A stretch of 64,000 bases of DNA from Sedimentisphaerales bacterium (GCA_040772485.1 JAXGYC010000008.1:32001-96000), one strand, 5' to 3'; positions 16,639-28,900 are shown, numbered from the stretch's first letter. Numbers and translations: made by a program. The notes: generated by a model not told the origin, from the letters alone.

Positions 16639-18999
16639 ATGCCTACGCGAGACGTTGCCCCGCTACGTTGGCTCCTTATCATTCTGTTCGCAGCCGGTTG
16701 TGCCGGCCTCTGGGCGACCAGGGCGACCGCCCAGGCGACGCACCGCTTTGCCATCGGCGATGAGGCCTTCCTGCTGGATGGCCGGCCCCTGCAAATCCGG
16801 TGCGGGGAGATCCATTTCGCTCGCGTCCCGCGGGAGTACTGGGTCCACCGTCTGCAACTGTGCAAGGCGATGGGTCTGAACACGGTGTGCGCGTACCTGT
16901 TCTGGAACTTCCACCAGTGGGACCCGGGCCGGTTCGACTGGTCGGGCCAGGCGGACGCGGGAGAGTTTTGCCGCCTGGCGCAGCAGGAGGGTCTCTGGGT
17001 GATCCTGCGGCCCGGCCCCTACGCCTGCGCCGAATGGGAGGGCGGCGGCCTGCCCTGGTGGCTGCTCAAGAAGGAGAACATCCGAATGCGCAGCCGCGAT
17101 CCGGACTTCCTGGCGGCCGGCCGCAACTGGCTCAAAGAAGTGGGCCGGGTGCTGGGCCCGATGCAAATCACGCGGGGCGGTCCCATCCTCATGGTTCAGG
17201 TCGAGAACGAGTACGGCTTCTACGGGGACGATGTCCAGTACATGGGCGAGATGCGTCAGGCCCTGCTCGACGCCGGATTCGATGTCCCCCTGTTCGCGTG
17301 CAATCCGCCGTACGCCCTTCGCAAGGGCCTGCGGGACGATCTGTTCAACGTGGTCAACTTCGGCAAGGACCCTGCCGATGGGTTCAAGGCCCTGCGCGAA
17401 ATCCAGCCCAAGGGTCCCTTGATGTGTGGAGAGTTTTATCCGGGCTGGTTCGACACCTGGGGTTTCCCGCACCACCTGGGCAACACGCCGCAATACCTGG
17501 CGGACCTCGAATACATGCTCAAGAACAACGCGTCGTTCAGCATCTACATGGCGCACGGGGGCACCACCTTCGGCCTGTGGTCCGGAGCGGACCGGCCGTT
17601 CAAGCCCGACACGTCCAGCTACGACTACGATGCGCCGATCAGCGAGGCCGGCTGGATCGGTGAGAAGTTCGGGCTCACGCGCGATCTGATGGCCGGGTAT
17701 CTGCTGCCGGGCGAGACGATCCCCGAGCCGCCGGCGGCCAATCCCGTGACGGCGATCGCCCGCTTCGAGCTGACCGAGTCGGCCGCGATCTTCGACAACC
17801 TGCCCGTGCCCATCGAGGACAGGGCGCCTCGCAACATGGAGGCGTACGACCAGGGCCGAGGCTGCATTCTGTACCGCGCGACACTGCCCGCCGGACCTGC
17901 CGGCGAACTGTCTGCGAAGGAAGCGCGTGACTTCGCCTGGGTCTTCCTGGACGGCAAGCTTCTCGGAACCATGGACCGGCGCTCTCAGCAGTACCGCGTG
18001 CAGGTCCCACAACGCCAAGCCGCGGCCCGCCTGGACATCCTGATCGAGGCGATGGGTCACGTCAACTTCGGGCCCGAGGTGCACGACCGCAAGGGCCTGC
18101 ACGGGCCGGTAACGCTCAAGACCGCCGCCGGCGACAGGCTGGAGCCGAGGGCGTGGCAGGTGTACCGGTTGCCCCTGGATGAGCCGATGCTCGCGAGCCT
18201 GCAATGGAAACGCAGCAAGGCCGGCGGACCGGCGTTCTGGCGCGGCGGATTCGATGCCACCGAGCCGGCGGACACGTTCCTCGACGTGAGCACGTGGGGC
18301 AAAGGCGTGCTGTGGGTCAACGGCCGGTGCATGGGGCGGTTCTGGAATATCGGACCGACGCAGACCATGTACGTGCCGGGTCCGTGGCTCAAGCGAGGCC
18401 GCAACGAGGTGATCGTGCTGGACCTGCTCGGGCCGCAAGAGCCGGCCCTGGCGGGACTGGAGAAGCCGATCCTGGATCAGGTCCGGCCGCAGTTCGATTC
18501 CAGCAGGAAGGTGCAGCAGGCTGTCCTGGCCATTGAGGGCGTACGGCCGGTGCACAGCGGCGCCTTCGCGCCCGGACCGGCCGCCAAGGAAGTGCGATTC
18601 GCCAGGCCCGTCGAAGGCCGCCAGTTCTGCCTGGAGACCCTCAGCGCCGTGGACGGCAAGCCCTTCGCCGCCATCGCCGAGCTTGACCTGTTGGGAACCG
18701 ACGGCCGGCCCATCGCGCACACCCTCTGGACCGTCGCCTATGTCGACAGCGAGGAACGGATCCAGGAGGACGGCTCTGCGCTCAACGCGATCAACGGGCA
18801 GACCGCGGATTTCTGGCACACTGAGTGGAGCCAGACGCAGCCCGGCCATCCGCACCGGCTGGTGATAGACCTGGGCAAAACCGAGGCGATCGGCGGATTC
18901 CGCTACGTGCCTCGGGCAGGCGATCCGTCGGTTGGCGGCAGGATCAAGGACTACCGCCTGTATGTAGGCGCGTCGCTCGCCAGGCCCATCGCGCAGTAG
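16639..18999 (+). CDS. GH35 beta-galactosidase-family enzyme with C-terminal F5/8 (CBM32-like) domain
   Basis: GEIHFARVP, RPGPYACAEW, VQVENEYG, CGEFYPGWFD, YMAHGGTTFG, SYDYDAPI, WGKGVLWVNG; C-terminal NAING...FWHT...LVIDLG. Confidence 0.93.
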   Translation: MPTRDVAPLRWLLIILFAAGCAGLWATRATAQATHRFAIGDEAFLLDGRPLQIRCGEIHFARVPREYWVHRLQLCKAMGLNTVCAYLFWNFHQWDPGRFDWSGQADAGEFCRLAQQEGLWVILRPGPYACAEWEGGGLPWWLLKKENIRMRSRDPDFLAAGRNWLKEVGRVLGPMQITRGGPILMVQVENEYGFYGDDVQYMGEMRQALLDAGFDVPLFACNPPYALRKGLRDDLFNVVNFGKDPADGFKALREIQPKGPLMCGEFYPGWFDTWGFPHHLGNTPQYLADLEYMLKNNASFSIYMAHGGTTFGLWSGADRPFKPDTSSYDYDAPISEAGWIGEKFGLTRDLMAGYLLPGETIPEPPAANPVTAIARFELTESAAIFDNLPVPIEDRAPRNMEAYDQGRGCILYRATLPAGPAGELSAKEARDFAWVFLDGKLLGTMDRRSQQYRVQVPQRQAAARLDILIEAMGHVNFGPEVHDRKGLHGPVTLKTAAGDRLEPRAWQVYRLPLDEPMLASLQWKRSKAGGPAFWRGGFDATEPADTFLDVSTWGKGVLWVNGRCMGRFWNIGPTQTMYVPGPWLKRGRNEVIVLDLLGPQEPALAGLEKPILDQVRPQFDSSRKVQQAVLAIEGVRPVHSGAFAPGPAAKEVRFARPVEGRQFCLETLSAVDGKPFAAIAELDLLGTDGRPIAHTLWTVAYVDSEERIQEDGSALNAINGQTADFWHTEWSQTQPGHPHRLVIDLGKTEAIGGFRYVPRAGDPSVGGRIKDYRLYVGASLARPIAQ

Positions 19000-19429
19000 G
19001 CAAGCGCGACGAGGGCGTGCATCAAGTCTTCCTTATCGGCCGGCATTGGCCCGAGGCGCCGCGGATGGGGCCTCCGCGACTGGCCTTTTGCCCTATTCTG
19101 GACGCTCTTTCGAGGCGGACCAGAAGGTGAGATGACGACACAACCGCCTCAGAATGAAGATGTTACGAGAACAGCTCTGGGCACACTCGAAGCGCCGAGA
19201 CACGGAACGCCATCGGATCGGAGCAACCGGAAACAGCCGGAGGAGTTTATAAAAGCGGACAAGCCAGAGTTCCAATATGGGCGAGTTTGCATTACAATGT
19301 GGCCTGGACTGGGAATTCAGTCCCGGCGCGCCGGGATGCGAAAATTCTCGCGAAAACCGATATTTCCGTTGAGCCGGAAGGTATACTTCCAACATTGTTG
19401 ACCTGATGCGGTCAGAAAGGAAGGGAATC

Positions 19430-20620
19430 ATGCAAACACGGTTAGCAGCGATTCTGGGGGGTCTGATTCTGGCGTGCGTCGTCCCTCTGTCGGGGTGCAA
19501 GAAGTCGCCGGAAGCGCCGGCTCCGCAGCAGGCGGCTCCCGCGGCGGCGCCGATCAAGGTGGGGGCCATCTTCGCCGTCACCGGCCCGGCCTCGTTCCTC
19601 GGCGCGCCCGAAGCCAAGACCGTCCAGATGTTCGTGGAGAAACTGAACCAGTCCGGCGGCGTGCTGGGCCGCAAGGTCGAGCTGCTCATACGCGATTCCG
19701 GCGCCAGCCCGGAGAAGGCCATCTCGCTGGCCAAGCAGCTCATCGACGAGGAGAAGGTCCTGGCCATCCTCGGCCCGTCGACCAGCGGAGAGAGCATCCA
19801 GATCAAGAGCATCTGTCAGGAAGGCCAGACGATCCTGCTGTCCTGCGCCGCTGCCGAGGAGATCGTCGTTCCGCTGGCCAGCTACGTCTTCAAGACTCCG
19901 CAGAAGGACAGCCAGGCCGCCCAGTGGATCTTCAACACGATGAAGGATATGGGAATCACCAAGATCGGTGTGATCACCAGCAACACCGGCTTCGGCAAAG
20001 GGGGAAAGACCCATCTGGAAAAGATGGCCCCGGAGAATGGAGTCCAGATCATTGTCAACGAGGTCTATGAGAAAGAGTCCACGGACCTGACGGGCGTTTT
20101 GACCAAGGTCAAAGGCGCCGGCGTCCAGGCGGTGGTCAACTGGTCCATCGAGCCGGCCCAGGGCATCGTCGCCAAGAACATGAAGCAGATCGAGCTGAAC
20201 GTGCCCCTGTTCCAGAGCCACGGCTACGGCAACATCCGGTACGTCCAGGGCAGCGGAGAGGCCGCCAACGGCACGATCTTCCCCTGCGGGCGATTGCTCG
20301 TGGCGGACAGCCTGCCCGCAAACCATCCCCAGAAGGCCCTGCTGACCGAATACAAGAGTGACTATGAGTCCAGGTACAACGAGGACGCCAGCACTTTCGG
20401 AGGCCATGCCTACGACGCCATCCTGATTCTCACCGAGGCGATCAAGAAGGCGGGCTCGGCGGACCCGAAGGCCGTCCGCGACGCGATCGAGAACCTCCAG
20501 GGCGTGGTCGGCACCGCCGGGGTCTTCAACTTCTCGGCGCAGGACCACAACGGCCTGGGCCTGGACGCCTTCGAGATGCTAACCGTCAAGGACCAGAAAT
20601 TCGCCATCTACCAGAAGTAG
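19430..20620 (+). CDS. livK: Liv-type ABC transporter substrate-binding lipoprotein
   Basis: Lipobox LSGC; IKVGAIFAVTGPASFLG, INxxGG-like LNQSGGVLGRKVEL, GHAYDA. Confidence 0.85.
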   Translation: MQTRLAAILGGLILACVVPLSGCKKSPEAPAPQQAAPAAAPIKVGAIFAVTGPASFLGAPEAKTVQMFVEKLNQSGGVLGRKVELLIRDSGASPEKAISLAKQLIDEEKVLAILGPSTSGESIQIKSICQEGQTILLSCAAAEEIVVPLASYVFKTPQKDSQAAQWIFNTMKDMGITKIGVITSNTGFGKGGKTHLEKMAPENGVQIIVNEVYEKESTDLTGVLTKVKGAGVQAVVNWSIEPAQGIVAKNMKQIELNVPLFQSHGYGNIRYVQGSGEAANGTIFPCGRLLVADSLPANHPQKALLTEYKSDYESRYNEDASTFGGHAYDAILILTEAIKKAGSADPKAVRDAIENLQGVVGTAGVFNFSAQDHNGLGLDAFEMLTVKDQKFAIYQK

Positions 20621-20638
20621 CCGGGACGAAACAGATCT

Positions 20639-21529
20639 ATGGATTTCGCCCTATTCGTTCAGTACGCCCTCTCGGGCATCACCGTCGGCAGCGTGTACGC
20701 CATCGTCGCGATTGGCTTCAACATCATCTACTGCACGACGGGGATCATCAATTTCGCCCAAGGCGAGTTCCTCATCGTCGGCGCGATGACGGCCATCAGT
20801 CTGGCCGAGGTCGCGCCGCTGCCGGTGGCGATTCTCGGGGCGGTCCTGATCACGACGGCCCTGGGGGCCGTGGTCGAGCTGGTCTTCATCCGGCAGGTCC
20901 GCAACGCCTCGGTGCTGCGGCTGATCATCATCACCATGGGCCTGTCGATCGTGATGCGGGAGGTCATGCTGCACATCTGGGATGAGCAGGTGCGGTCGCT
21001 GCCCTACTTCACGGGCACGGAGGTCTCGACCGTCACTATCCTCGGCGCGCACATCTCGCCGCAGGTCCTTTGGGTGCTCGGCGTCAGCGCCGTCATCGTG
21101 GCGGCGCTGACGCTCTTCTTTCAATACACCACCACGGGCAGGGCCATGCGTGCCTGCGCCGACGACCGGATGGCCGCATGCCTCTGCGGCGTCAACGACC
21201 GCTGGATGGTCACCCTCTCGTTCATGCTCAGCGCCGGCATCGGCGCACTGGCCGGCTGCGTCGTCTCGCCGATCACGCAGACCCAGTACGACATGGGCGC
21301 TCCGCTGGCGATCAAGGGCTTCACCGTCGCGATCCTGGGCGGCATGGGCAACAGCATGGCGGCGGTGGCGGCGGGCCTGTTCCTCGGCCTGCTGGAGGCG
21401 TTCGTGGTCAGCGTGCTGCCCTCCTCGTACAAAGAGGTCGCGGCCATCGTGGTGCTGCTGTTGATCCTCGTTTTCCGGCCGAGCGGCCTGTTTGCCCGCC
21501 GGGACGTGAGTGCTCTGAGGGCGGCATGA
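20639..21529 (+). CDS. livH: Liv-type ABC permease
   Basis: GSVYAIVAIGFNII...GIINFAQGEF, GRAMRA, KGFTVAILGGMG. Confidence 0.9.
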   Translation: MDFALFVQYALSGITVGSVYAIVAIGFNIIYCTTGIINFAQGEFLIVGAMTAISLAEVAPLPVAILGAVLITTALGAVVELVFIRQVRNASVLRLIIITMGLSIVMREVMLHIWDEQVRSLPYFTGTEVSTVTILGAHISPQVLWVLGVSAVIVAALTLFFQYTTTGRAMRACADDRMAACLCGVNDRWMVTLSFMLSAGIGALAGCVVSPITQTQYDMGAPLAIKGFTVAILGGMGNSMAAVAAGLFLGLLEAFVVSVLPSSYKEVAAIVVLLLILVFRPSGLFARRDVSALRAA

Positions 21530-22596
21530 TGCGGCTGCGAATCTACTACCCCGTCCTTGCCGCTGCGGCCCTGGTGGTCGTGCTGCACGTCGCGCTGGCA
21601 GCATCCGGCAAGACCTACTACATGACGCAGATCACCATGTCGGCCTACTACGCCCTCGTCGTGATCGGGCTGTGCCTGCTCATGGGCTACGCCGGACAAA
21701 TCTCGCTGGGCCACGCGGGTTTCTTCGCCATCGGCGGCTACACCATCGCCGTCCTGACCACGTACGACCTCGGCAACTGGCGTGAAACTCCGGCGATCGG
21801 ACTGCTGCGCTCGCTCGGGCTTCTGATGCAATGGCAGGACATGTACGGTCGCGACATCCTTTCGTTTTCGCCGTGGCTGGCCTTTGCCGCCGCCATGCTG
21901 TTGGCCGCCCTGATCGCCCTGGCGATCGGCCTGCCCGTGATCCGGCTCAAAGGCCACTACCTCGCCATGGCCACACTCGGTTTTGGCCTGATCATCTATC
22001 GCATCGTCCTGGGCGCCCGGCTCCTCGGCCAGGCCGACGGCATTTCCAACGTGCCGGCCTTCGGCCTTGTCGGCGGCCTCCAGGTCAACGGCCGGTCCGC
22101 CTTCCGAGTGCAAAACTACTATATCGCATGGTTCGCCGTCCTGGCGGCCATGGTGCTGTCGCTGAACCTAATCCACTCGCGCGTCGGCCGGGCGCTGCGC
22201 TCGATCCACCAGAGCGAAGAAGCCGCCCACTCGCTGGGCATCGACACGTATCGCTACAAGCTGGCCACGTTCATCCTGAGCGCCCTGTTCGCGGCGGTCG
22301 GCGGCGCCCTGCTGACCCATTACAACGGAAGCATCGGCCCGTCCGAAGCCACCGTCATGAAGTCCGTGCGATACGTCGCCATCGTCGCGGTCGGCGGCAT
22401 GGCCAATCTCTGGGGCGCGATGCTCATGGGGATCCTGCTGAATTTCCTGTCGCTGCGCGGCGTCTTCGGCTCCTTCGACGACGCCGTGTTCGGCGCCATT
22501 CTCATCGGCGTCATGATCCTCGCCCCTCAGGGCCTGCTGCAAGTGCCCAGGTGGCGGACGGTGACCGCCCTGCTGCCGAGGAGGTCCCATGGGTGA
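21526..22596 (+). CDS. livM: Liv-type ABC permease
   Basis: ATGA overlap with livH; GYAGQISLGHAGFFAIGGY, RLKGHYLAMATLGF, SRVGRAL, APQGL. Confidence 0.9.
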   Translation: MMRLRIYYPVLAAAALVVVLHVALAASGKTYYMTQITMSAYYALVVIGLCLLMGYAGQISLGHAGFFAIGGYTIAVLTTYDLGNWRETPAIGLLRSLGLLMQWQDMYGRDILSFSPWLAFAAAMLLAALIALAIGLPVIRLKGHYLAMATLGFGLIIYRIVLGARLLGQADGISNVPAFGLVGGLQVNGRSAFRVQNYYIAWFAVLAAMVLSLNLIHSRVGRALRSIHQSEEAAHSLGIDTYRYKLATFILSALFAAVGGALLTHYNGSIGPSEATVMKSVRYVAIVAVGGMANLWGAMLMGILLNFLSLRGVFGSFDDAVFGAILIGVMILAPQGLLQVPRWRTVTALLPRRSHG

Positions 22597-22742
22597 AGAA
22601 AACTCGAAATCCGAAGCACGAAGTCCGGAATTCGAGGTAAGGGCGAGGCATGCCTCGCCCCTACGTGCGCCCTTCGGACGGTTTGTTTCGGATTTCGTGT
22701 TTCGCATTTCGTATTTCTCGTCCGACCGTTCGAGGAGGGTCT

Positions 22743-22750
<8 letters not shown>
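22589..22750 (+). CDS. Putative 53-aa bridging (relay) mini-ORF between livM and livG
   Basis: SD AGGAGG; ATG overlaps the livM stop (ATGGGTGA); open through the repeat insert; TGA overlaps the livG start (ATGAGTGA). Confidence 0.45.
22601..22717. repeat. Composite palindromic insert: heptamer-repeat arms around a GTAG-type REP
   Basis: Left arm AACTCGA-AATCCGA-AGCACGA-AGTCCGG-AATTCGA; core GTAAGGGCGAGGCATGCCTCGCCCCTAC (22637-22664); right arm TTTCGGA-TTTCGTG-TTTCGCA-TTTCGTA. Confidence 0.8.
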
Positions 22751-23505
<755 letters not shown>

Positions 23506-23513
<8 letters not shown>

Positions 23514-23643
23514 GATCCTCCGTGGCGAGGGCATCTTGCCCTTGCTCTTCACAACCCGGCGGACCGAAGAAGACGCAAGGGCGGGACGCCCTCGCCACGG
23601 GGCAACGCGTGATTCCGGGGGCATAGGGGGGAGTCATGCTTAG
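23506..23643 (+). CDS. Putative 45-aa bridging (relay) mini-ORF between livG and livF
   Basis: ATG overlaps the livG stop (ATGCTTAA); TAG overlaps the livF start (ATGCTTAG); no internal stop. Confidence 0.45.
23521..23599. repeat. REP-like inverted doublet
   Basis: CGTGGCGAGGGCATCTTGCCCTTGC ... GCAAGGGCGGGACGCCCTCGCCACG; each arm has its own hairpin. Confidence 0.8.
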
Positions 23644-24370
23644 AATCCTCAACTTGGAGGCCGGCTACGGCCCGCTGCGGGTCCTCAAGGGGATCAGCCT
23701 GCACGTCTCGCCGGGCGAGGCGGTGGCGGTGATCGGCGCCAACGGAGCGGGCAAGACCACGCTGCTCAAGACTATCGCGGGCGTCCTGAAGGCCCGCTCG
23801 GGCGAGATCGCGTTCGACAAACAGAACATTCGCGGCCGGCCGGCGGAGAAGATCGTCGCCCTCGGATGCAGTCTCGTCCCCGAGGGCCGGCACGTGTTCG
23901 GCACCATGACCGTTCGGGAGAACCTTCTGCTCGGCGCGTTCTGCCGGCGGCACGTGGACAACAGCGCCGGTGTCGACGAGAGCCTGGAGCAGGTCTACGA
24001 TCTCTTCGGCATCCTCAAGGAACGTTCGAACCAGTTGGCCGGGACGCTCTCCGGCGGCCAGCAGCAGATGCTCGCCATCGGCCGGGCCCTGATGAGCCGG
24101 CCCAGACTGCTGATGATGGACGAGCCCTCGCTTGGCGTCGCCCCGCTGCTCGTCCAGAGCATTTACGAGAAGATCCTCACCCTCAAGCGCAACGGCCTGA
24201 CCATCCTGCTGGTGGAACAGAATGCACGGGCTGCTCTGGCGGTCGCCGACCGGGGCTACGTAATCGAGACCGGCCAGATCGTCCTGCAGGGACCGTCCCG
24301 GCAGTTGAGCGACAATCCCGAGGTGCAGCGGGCCTATCTCGGAAAAGAGTATCGACGCATCGACGAATGA
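23636..24370 (+). CDS. livF: Liv-type ABC ATP-binding protein
   Basis: GANGAGKTT, VPEGRHVF, LSGGQQQMLAIGRALM, DEPSLG, VEQN. Confidence 0.92.
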   Translation: MLRILNLEAGYGPLRVLKGISLHVSPGEAVAVIGANGAGKTTLLKTIAGVLKARSGEIAFDKQNIRGRPAEKIVALGCSLVPEGRHVFGTMTVRENLLLGAFCRRHVDNSAGVDESLEQVYDLFGILKERSNQLAGTLSGGQQQMLAIGRALMSRPRLLMMDEPSLGVAPLLVQSIYEKILTLKRNGLTILLVEQNARAALAVADRGYVIETGQIVLQGPSRQLSDNPEVQRAYLGKEYRRIDE

Positions 24371-24383
24371 CCTAAGGCACGGG

Positions 24384-24520
24384 AAGTCCGAAATCCAAAG
24401 CACAAAACCCGAATATCGACGATGAAAGCAAAGATCAAATGGCAAAATGCAAAATGGAGGAAGTCATCCGCCGAAGGCGGATTCCGCCGTTTTGATGTTT
24501 GCTTCTTGCTCTTTGATGTC
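24384..24520. repeat. Heptamer-periodic imperfect inverted repeats
   Basis: AAGTCCG-AAATCCA-AAGCACA-AAACCCG; AAAGATC-AAATGGC-AAAATGC-AAAATGG, central ATCCGCC-GAA-GGCGGAT hairpin, then TTTTGAT-GTTTGCT-TCTTGCT-CTTTGAT. Confidence 0.65.
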
Positions 24521-24548
24521 CGACGGAAAACTGACGACAGGTGGCAGC

Positions 24549-25862
24549 ATGGACCAGACAAGCATGTACAACGCCAAGTGTGAGACCCTCCCGCGCAACG
24601 AGCTGGAGCAGCTTCAGTTCGAGCGGCTGCAATCGACGCTCAATCGCGCGTATCGCAACGTCGCCTTCTACAAGGCCGCGTTCGATACGCACTGCGTCAA
24701 CCTCGAACGGATCAGGGACATCCAGGCGATGCAGGAGCTTCCTTTCACCACGAAGGAGGACCTCCAGAAGAGCTATCCGTATGACATGTTTGCGGTCCCA
24801 TTGAGGGACATCGTGCGGATCCACACCACCTCGGGCACCGCTACCCGGCCGATCGTCGTCGGATACACGCAGAATGACCTGCGCAACTGGAGGGAGTGTG
24901 CCGCCCGCCTGCTCACCGCCGCCGGCGTCACCCAGCACGACGTCGTCCAGATCGCGCTGCACTACAGCCTGTTCGCAGAAGGATTCGGCTTCCACCAGGG
25001 GGCCGAGCGGGTCGGCGCCTCGGTGATCCCGGCCTCTCTGGCGACCAGCGTGGCCAAGCAGATCGTCGTCATGCGGGATTTCAAGACGACCGTCCTGATC
25101 TCGACGCCCAGCCACGCCCTGAACATCGCGGTCAGCCTCGATGAGGAGCAGGTCCGTCTGGAACGGTTGTCTCTGCGGCTGGGCCTCTTCGGCGGCGAGC
25201 GATGGAGCGACTCGTCGCGCCGGCAATTAGAGGAGCGGCTGCGCATCACGTCGATCGATACGTACGGCCCGACGGAGGTCCTGGGTCCCGGCGTGGCCGG
25301 CGAGTGCCACCTGCGCCACGGCCTGCACATCAACGAGGACCAGTTCATCGTCGAGGTCATCAACCCCAAGACGCTCGCGCCGGTTACAGTCGGCGAGGAA
25401 GGCGAACTGGTTCTCACGACGATCCTGAAGGAAGGCTTCCCGCTGATCCGCTATCGCACGGGCGACATCACGCGCCTGATCGCCGAACCCTGCGCCTGCG
25501 GGCGGACCTTCCTGCGCATGGCGCCCGTCTCGGGACGGACCGACGACCTGATCCTGGTGCGCGGCGTCGGGTTCTTCCCCGCCCAGATCGAGGAGATCCT
25601 CAGCGGGTTCGAAGGCGTCAGCCCGTACTTCCAGATCATTCTCGATCAGGAAGGCGGTATTGACACCGTCCAGATTCGCGTGGAGATTTCCGGCGCCATC
25701 CAGTCGGTCGACAGGATCAGAGCGATCGAGACGCTGCGCGTCCAGATCGCCCAGCGCATCGCGACCGTCCTGGACGTGGAGGCGAAGGTGATCCTGGTCG
25801 AGCCCGGATCGTTGCGGCAACTCGCCGCCGGGGCCGAGCGGGTCGTGGATCGACGGCCGTAG
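24549..25862 (+). CDS. paaK: Phenylacetate-CoA ligase-family protein
   Basis: LPFTTKEDL, RIHTTSGT, YGPTEVLGPGVAGEC, PLIRYRTGDIT, GRTDDLILVRGV. Confidence 0.85.
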   Translation: MDQTSMYNAKCETLPRNELEQLQFERLQSTLNRAYRNVAFYKAAFDTHCVNLERIRDIQAMQELPFTTKEDLQKSYPYDMFAVPLRDIVRIHTTSGTATRPIVVGYTQNDLRNWRECAARLLTAAGVTQHDVVQIALHYSLFAEGFGFHQGAERVGASVIPASLATSVAKQIVVMRDFKTTVLISTPSHALNIAVSLDEEQVRLERLSLRLGLFGGERWSDSSRRQLEERLRITSIDTYGPTEVLGPGVAGECHLRHGLHINEDQFIVEVINPKTLAPVTVGEEGELVLTTILKEGFPLIRYRTGDITRLIAEPCACGRTFLRMAPVSGRTDDLILVRGVGFFPAQIEEILSGFEGVSPYFQIILDQEGGIDTVQIRVEISGAIQSVDRIRAIETLRVQIAQRIATVLDVEAKVILVEPGSLRQLAAGAERVVDRRP

Positions 25863-25946
25863 GGGCGAGCCTCTATTTAGGTCCTTGAGGTCCCCTCGGT
25901 CCTTTTGGCCCACTACAAACAAGTCATTCATTGGCAGGAGCGAACG

Positions 25947-28900
25947 ATGAACGAAGTGCGGAGAGCGGTTCTCACATTGGCAACCATTGCGGGGCTTTCG
26001 GTCGTCACGGCTCCGGCATCGGTCTATGCAGGGGCGAATGATGATTCGACCCCACCGCCTGCCGGTGCGCTCGAACGAGGTTTCGCGGACCCGCCCGATT
26101 CGGCCAGACCGCGGACCTGGTGGCATTGGACCGGCGGCAACGTCACAAAGGAAGGGGTCACAAAGGACCTCGAATGGATGAAGCGCGTCGGCATCGGCGG
26201 GTGTCAACTGGCCGACGTCAGCTTCGGGTTCGGCCAGACCATCGACGAGAAGATCGAGTTCGGCAGCCCCAAGTGGCTGGACGCCGTCCGTCACGCCGCC
26301 ACCGAGGCCCAGCGATTGGGACTGGAGCTGGCAATCTTCAGCTCCGCCGGCTGGAGCGAGACGGGCGGGCCCTGGGTCAAGCCCGAGCAGGCAATGAAGA
26401 AGCTCGTCTGGAGCGAGACGACGGTGGAAGGGCCGTCCGCCACAGGCGGATTCGCCGGCAAGCTGCCGCAACCTCCGTCCAACAGCGGACCGTTTCAGAA
26501 TCAGGGCGCCGGCGGCCGTAGTCCGCAGCCGGACCCCACGTGGTACGGTGACAGTGCGGTCATCGCCTTCCGCACTCCGGCAGCGGAAGTTGACATGGTC
26601 GCCCTGAGCCCGAAGGTGACCACCAGCGCCGGTGACATCGACCCCGGACCGCTGTTCGACGATGACTGGAATTCGGCCGCGACGATTCGCCCGCCCGCCG
26701 AAGGTGCCGCCGCATGGCTTCAGATCGAGTTCACCCGGCCGTTCCGCGTCCGGGCCATCACAATAGCCGGACCCGCCGGCATTCCGGTCGGCCGGGTGCT
26801 GGCGGGCGACGACATCGTGCACCTGCGAACGCTCGTGACGTTGCCCGGAGCGCAGCTCTACCGCCAAGGCAGGATACGCACGTTTGCACTGCCCGAGACG
26901 ACCGCGAAGATCTACCGCATCGAGATGACCGCCGCGCCATTGGGACCCGGCCCGACGATGAGCCAGGAGCCGACACCACCGGCAAAGCAGTACTCACTCA
27001 CGGAGGTGCGGCTGCACAGCGGCGCCCGCGTGCACCGCTGGGAAGACAAGGCGGGCTTCAGCCACCTGTTCGAGTACGAGACGGTGCCAACGCCCGATGT
27101 GGCAGCGGACACGGTGATCCGGCAGACTGAGGTGATCAGTCTGACCTCCAGGATGGCGCCCGACGGCACGCTGAATTGGGATGTGCCGGCAGGCAAGTGG
27201 ACCATTCTGCGGCTGGGCTACTCGCTGACCGGCGCCAAGAACCGGCCGGCGCCGCCCTCGGGCTCGGGCTACGAGGCCGACAAGCTCAGCGCCAAACACA
27301 TGGAAGCCTACTATCACGGCTACTTCGATCCGATCGCCAAGGCGCTGGGGCCGCTGTTCGGCAAGAGCCTGCAATACGTGGTGATGGATAGTTGGGAGGC
27401 CGGGCGCCAGAACTGGACGGAGCAGATGATCGACGAGTTTCGCAAGCGTCGCGGCTACGACCCGACGCCGTATCTGGCGATTCTGACCGGGCGCGTCGTC
27501 GAGAGCGCCGAGGCCAGCGACCGCTTTTTGTGGGATTTCCGCCGGACGCTCGCCGATCTGTGGGCCGATTATCACTACGGTGTGATGTCTGATCTGTTGG
27601 GCAAGCACGGCATCGGCATTTACGGGGAGGCCGCGGGTGTCTCGCTCGAGATTCCCGAGGACACCCTGATGAACAAGAGCAAGGTCGCGATCCCGATGGG
27701 CGAGTTCTGGGTGGGCAAGATGCATCCGCCCCTGATGTACTACCAGGACGTTCGCGGGGCGGCTTCGGCGGCGCACGTCTATGGCAAGACGCTCGTCGCA
27801 ACCGAGTCCTATACGGGCGGCGGCTACGAAACGCCGTACGCGCTGAAGAAAGTCTCCGATTACTGGTTTGCCCAGGGCGTCAACCGGATCGTCTTCCACA
27901 CCTCGGCGCATCAGCCGCTCGACACCAGGCCCGGCAACGCGATGGTTGGCACGCATGTCCACCGCAATGTCACGTGGGCCGAGCAGGCGAGGCCTTTCAT
28001 GAATCATCTGGCTCGCCAGTCGTTCCTGTTGCAGCAGGGCCTGTTCGTGGCCGATCTGGCGTACCTGCTGGACGAAGGCGCGCCGTCGACGATGCCGATC
28101 TGGGGCGCGGGACTGATGCCGAAGCCGCCCGAGGGATATGACTTCGACTACATCAACGCCGATGCGCTGCTGAATCGAATGTCGGTCGACGCCGATGGCC
28201 GGCTGATGCTGCCCGACGGCATGAGCTATCGCGTGCTGGTGCTGCCTCAGACAGACAAGATGCGGCCGGAACTGCTCCACAGGATTCGCGATCTGGTTCT
28301 GGGCGGGGCAACCGTTGTGGGGCCCAGGCCCGCGCGCTCCCCGAGCCTGGCGGGCCGGCCGGAGTCGGACCGGGATGTGCCGGAGTTGGCGGCCGAAGTG
28401 TGGGGCGACCTTGACGGCGTCAGTCGGACCATCCGCTATGTCGGCAAGGGTAGGGTCGTCTGGGGCCTGCCGCTGGAGGATGTCCTGGCATCATTGAACA
28501 CTCCGAAGGATGCCGAGTTCCGCAAGGCGCTGGACGCCGATCTCGCATGGATCCATCGGCGAACCTCCGATGCGGACATCTATTACCTCGCGAATCTCAC
28601 GGATGCCGCCCAGGACGTCCAGGCGCGCTTCCGCGTCAGCGGCAAGGAGGCGGAGCTCTGGCATCCGGACACGGGGCAAATCGAACCAGCTTCGTACCGC
28701 ATCGTGGAAGATCGCACGATCGTTTCACTTGGCCTCTCGCCGCGAGAGAGTGCGTTCGTGGTCTTCCGCCGGGCCGCTTCTTCGCCAACCCGTACGCTGC
28801 CGCAGCGCGCCGCGACGACACTGGCGACCGTGGGCGGACCCTGGGATGTCACGTTCCCTGCGAACCTCGGCGCGCCCGAGAGAATTCAACTGGCCGACTT

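Noticed and set aside
24367..24549. Relay ORF at the livF-paaK junction
   Set aside because: The ATG overlapping the livF stop ends after two codons (ATG ACC TAA). A partial echo of the livF end (GAATATCGACGATGA) exists, but there is no clean bridging frame. This is a counter-example to the relay pattern.
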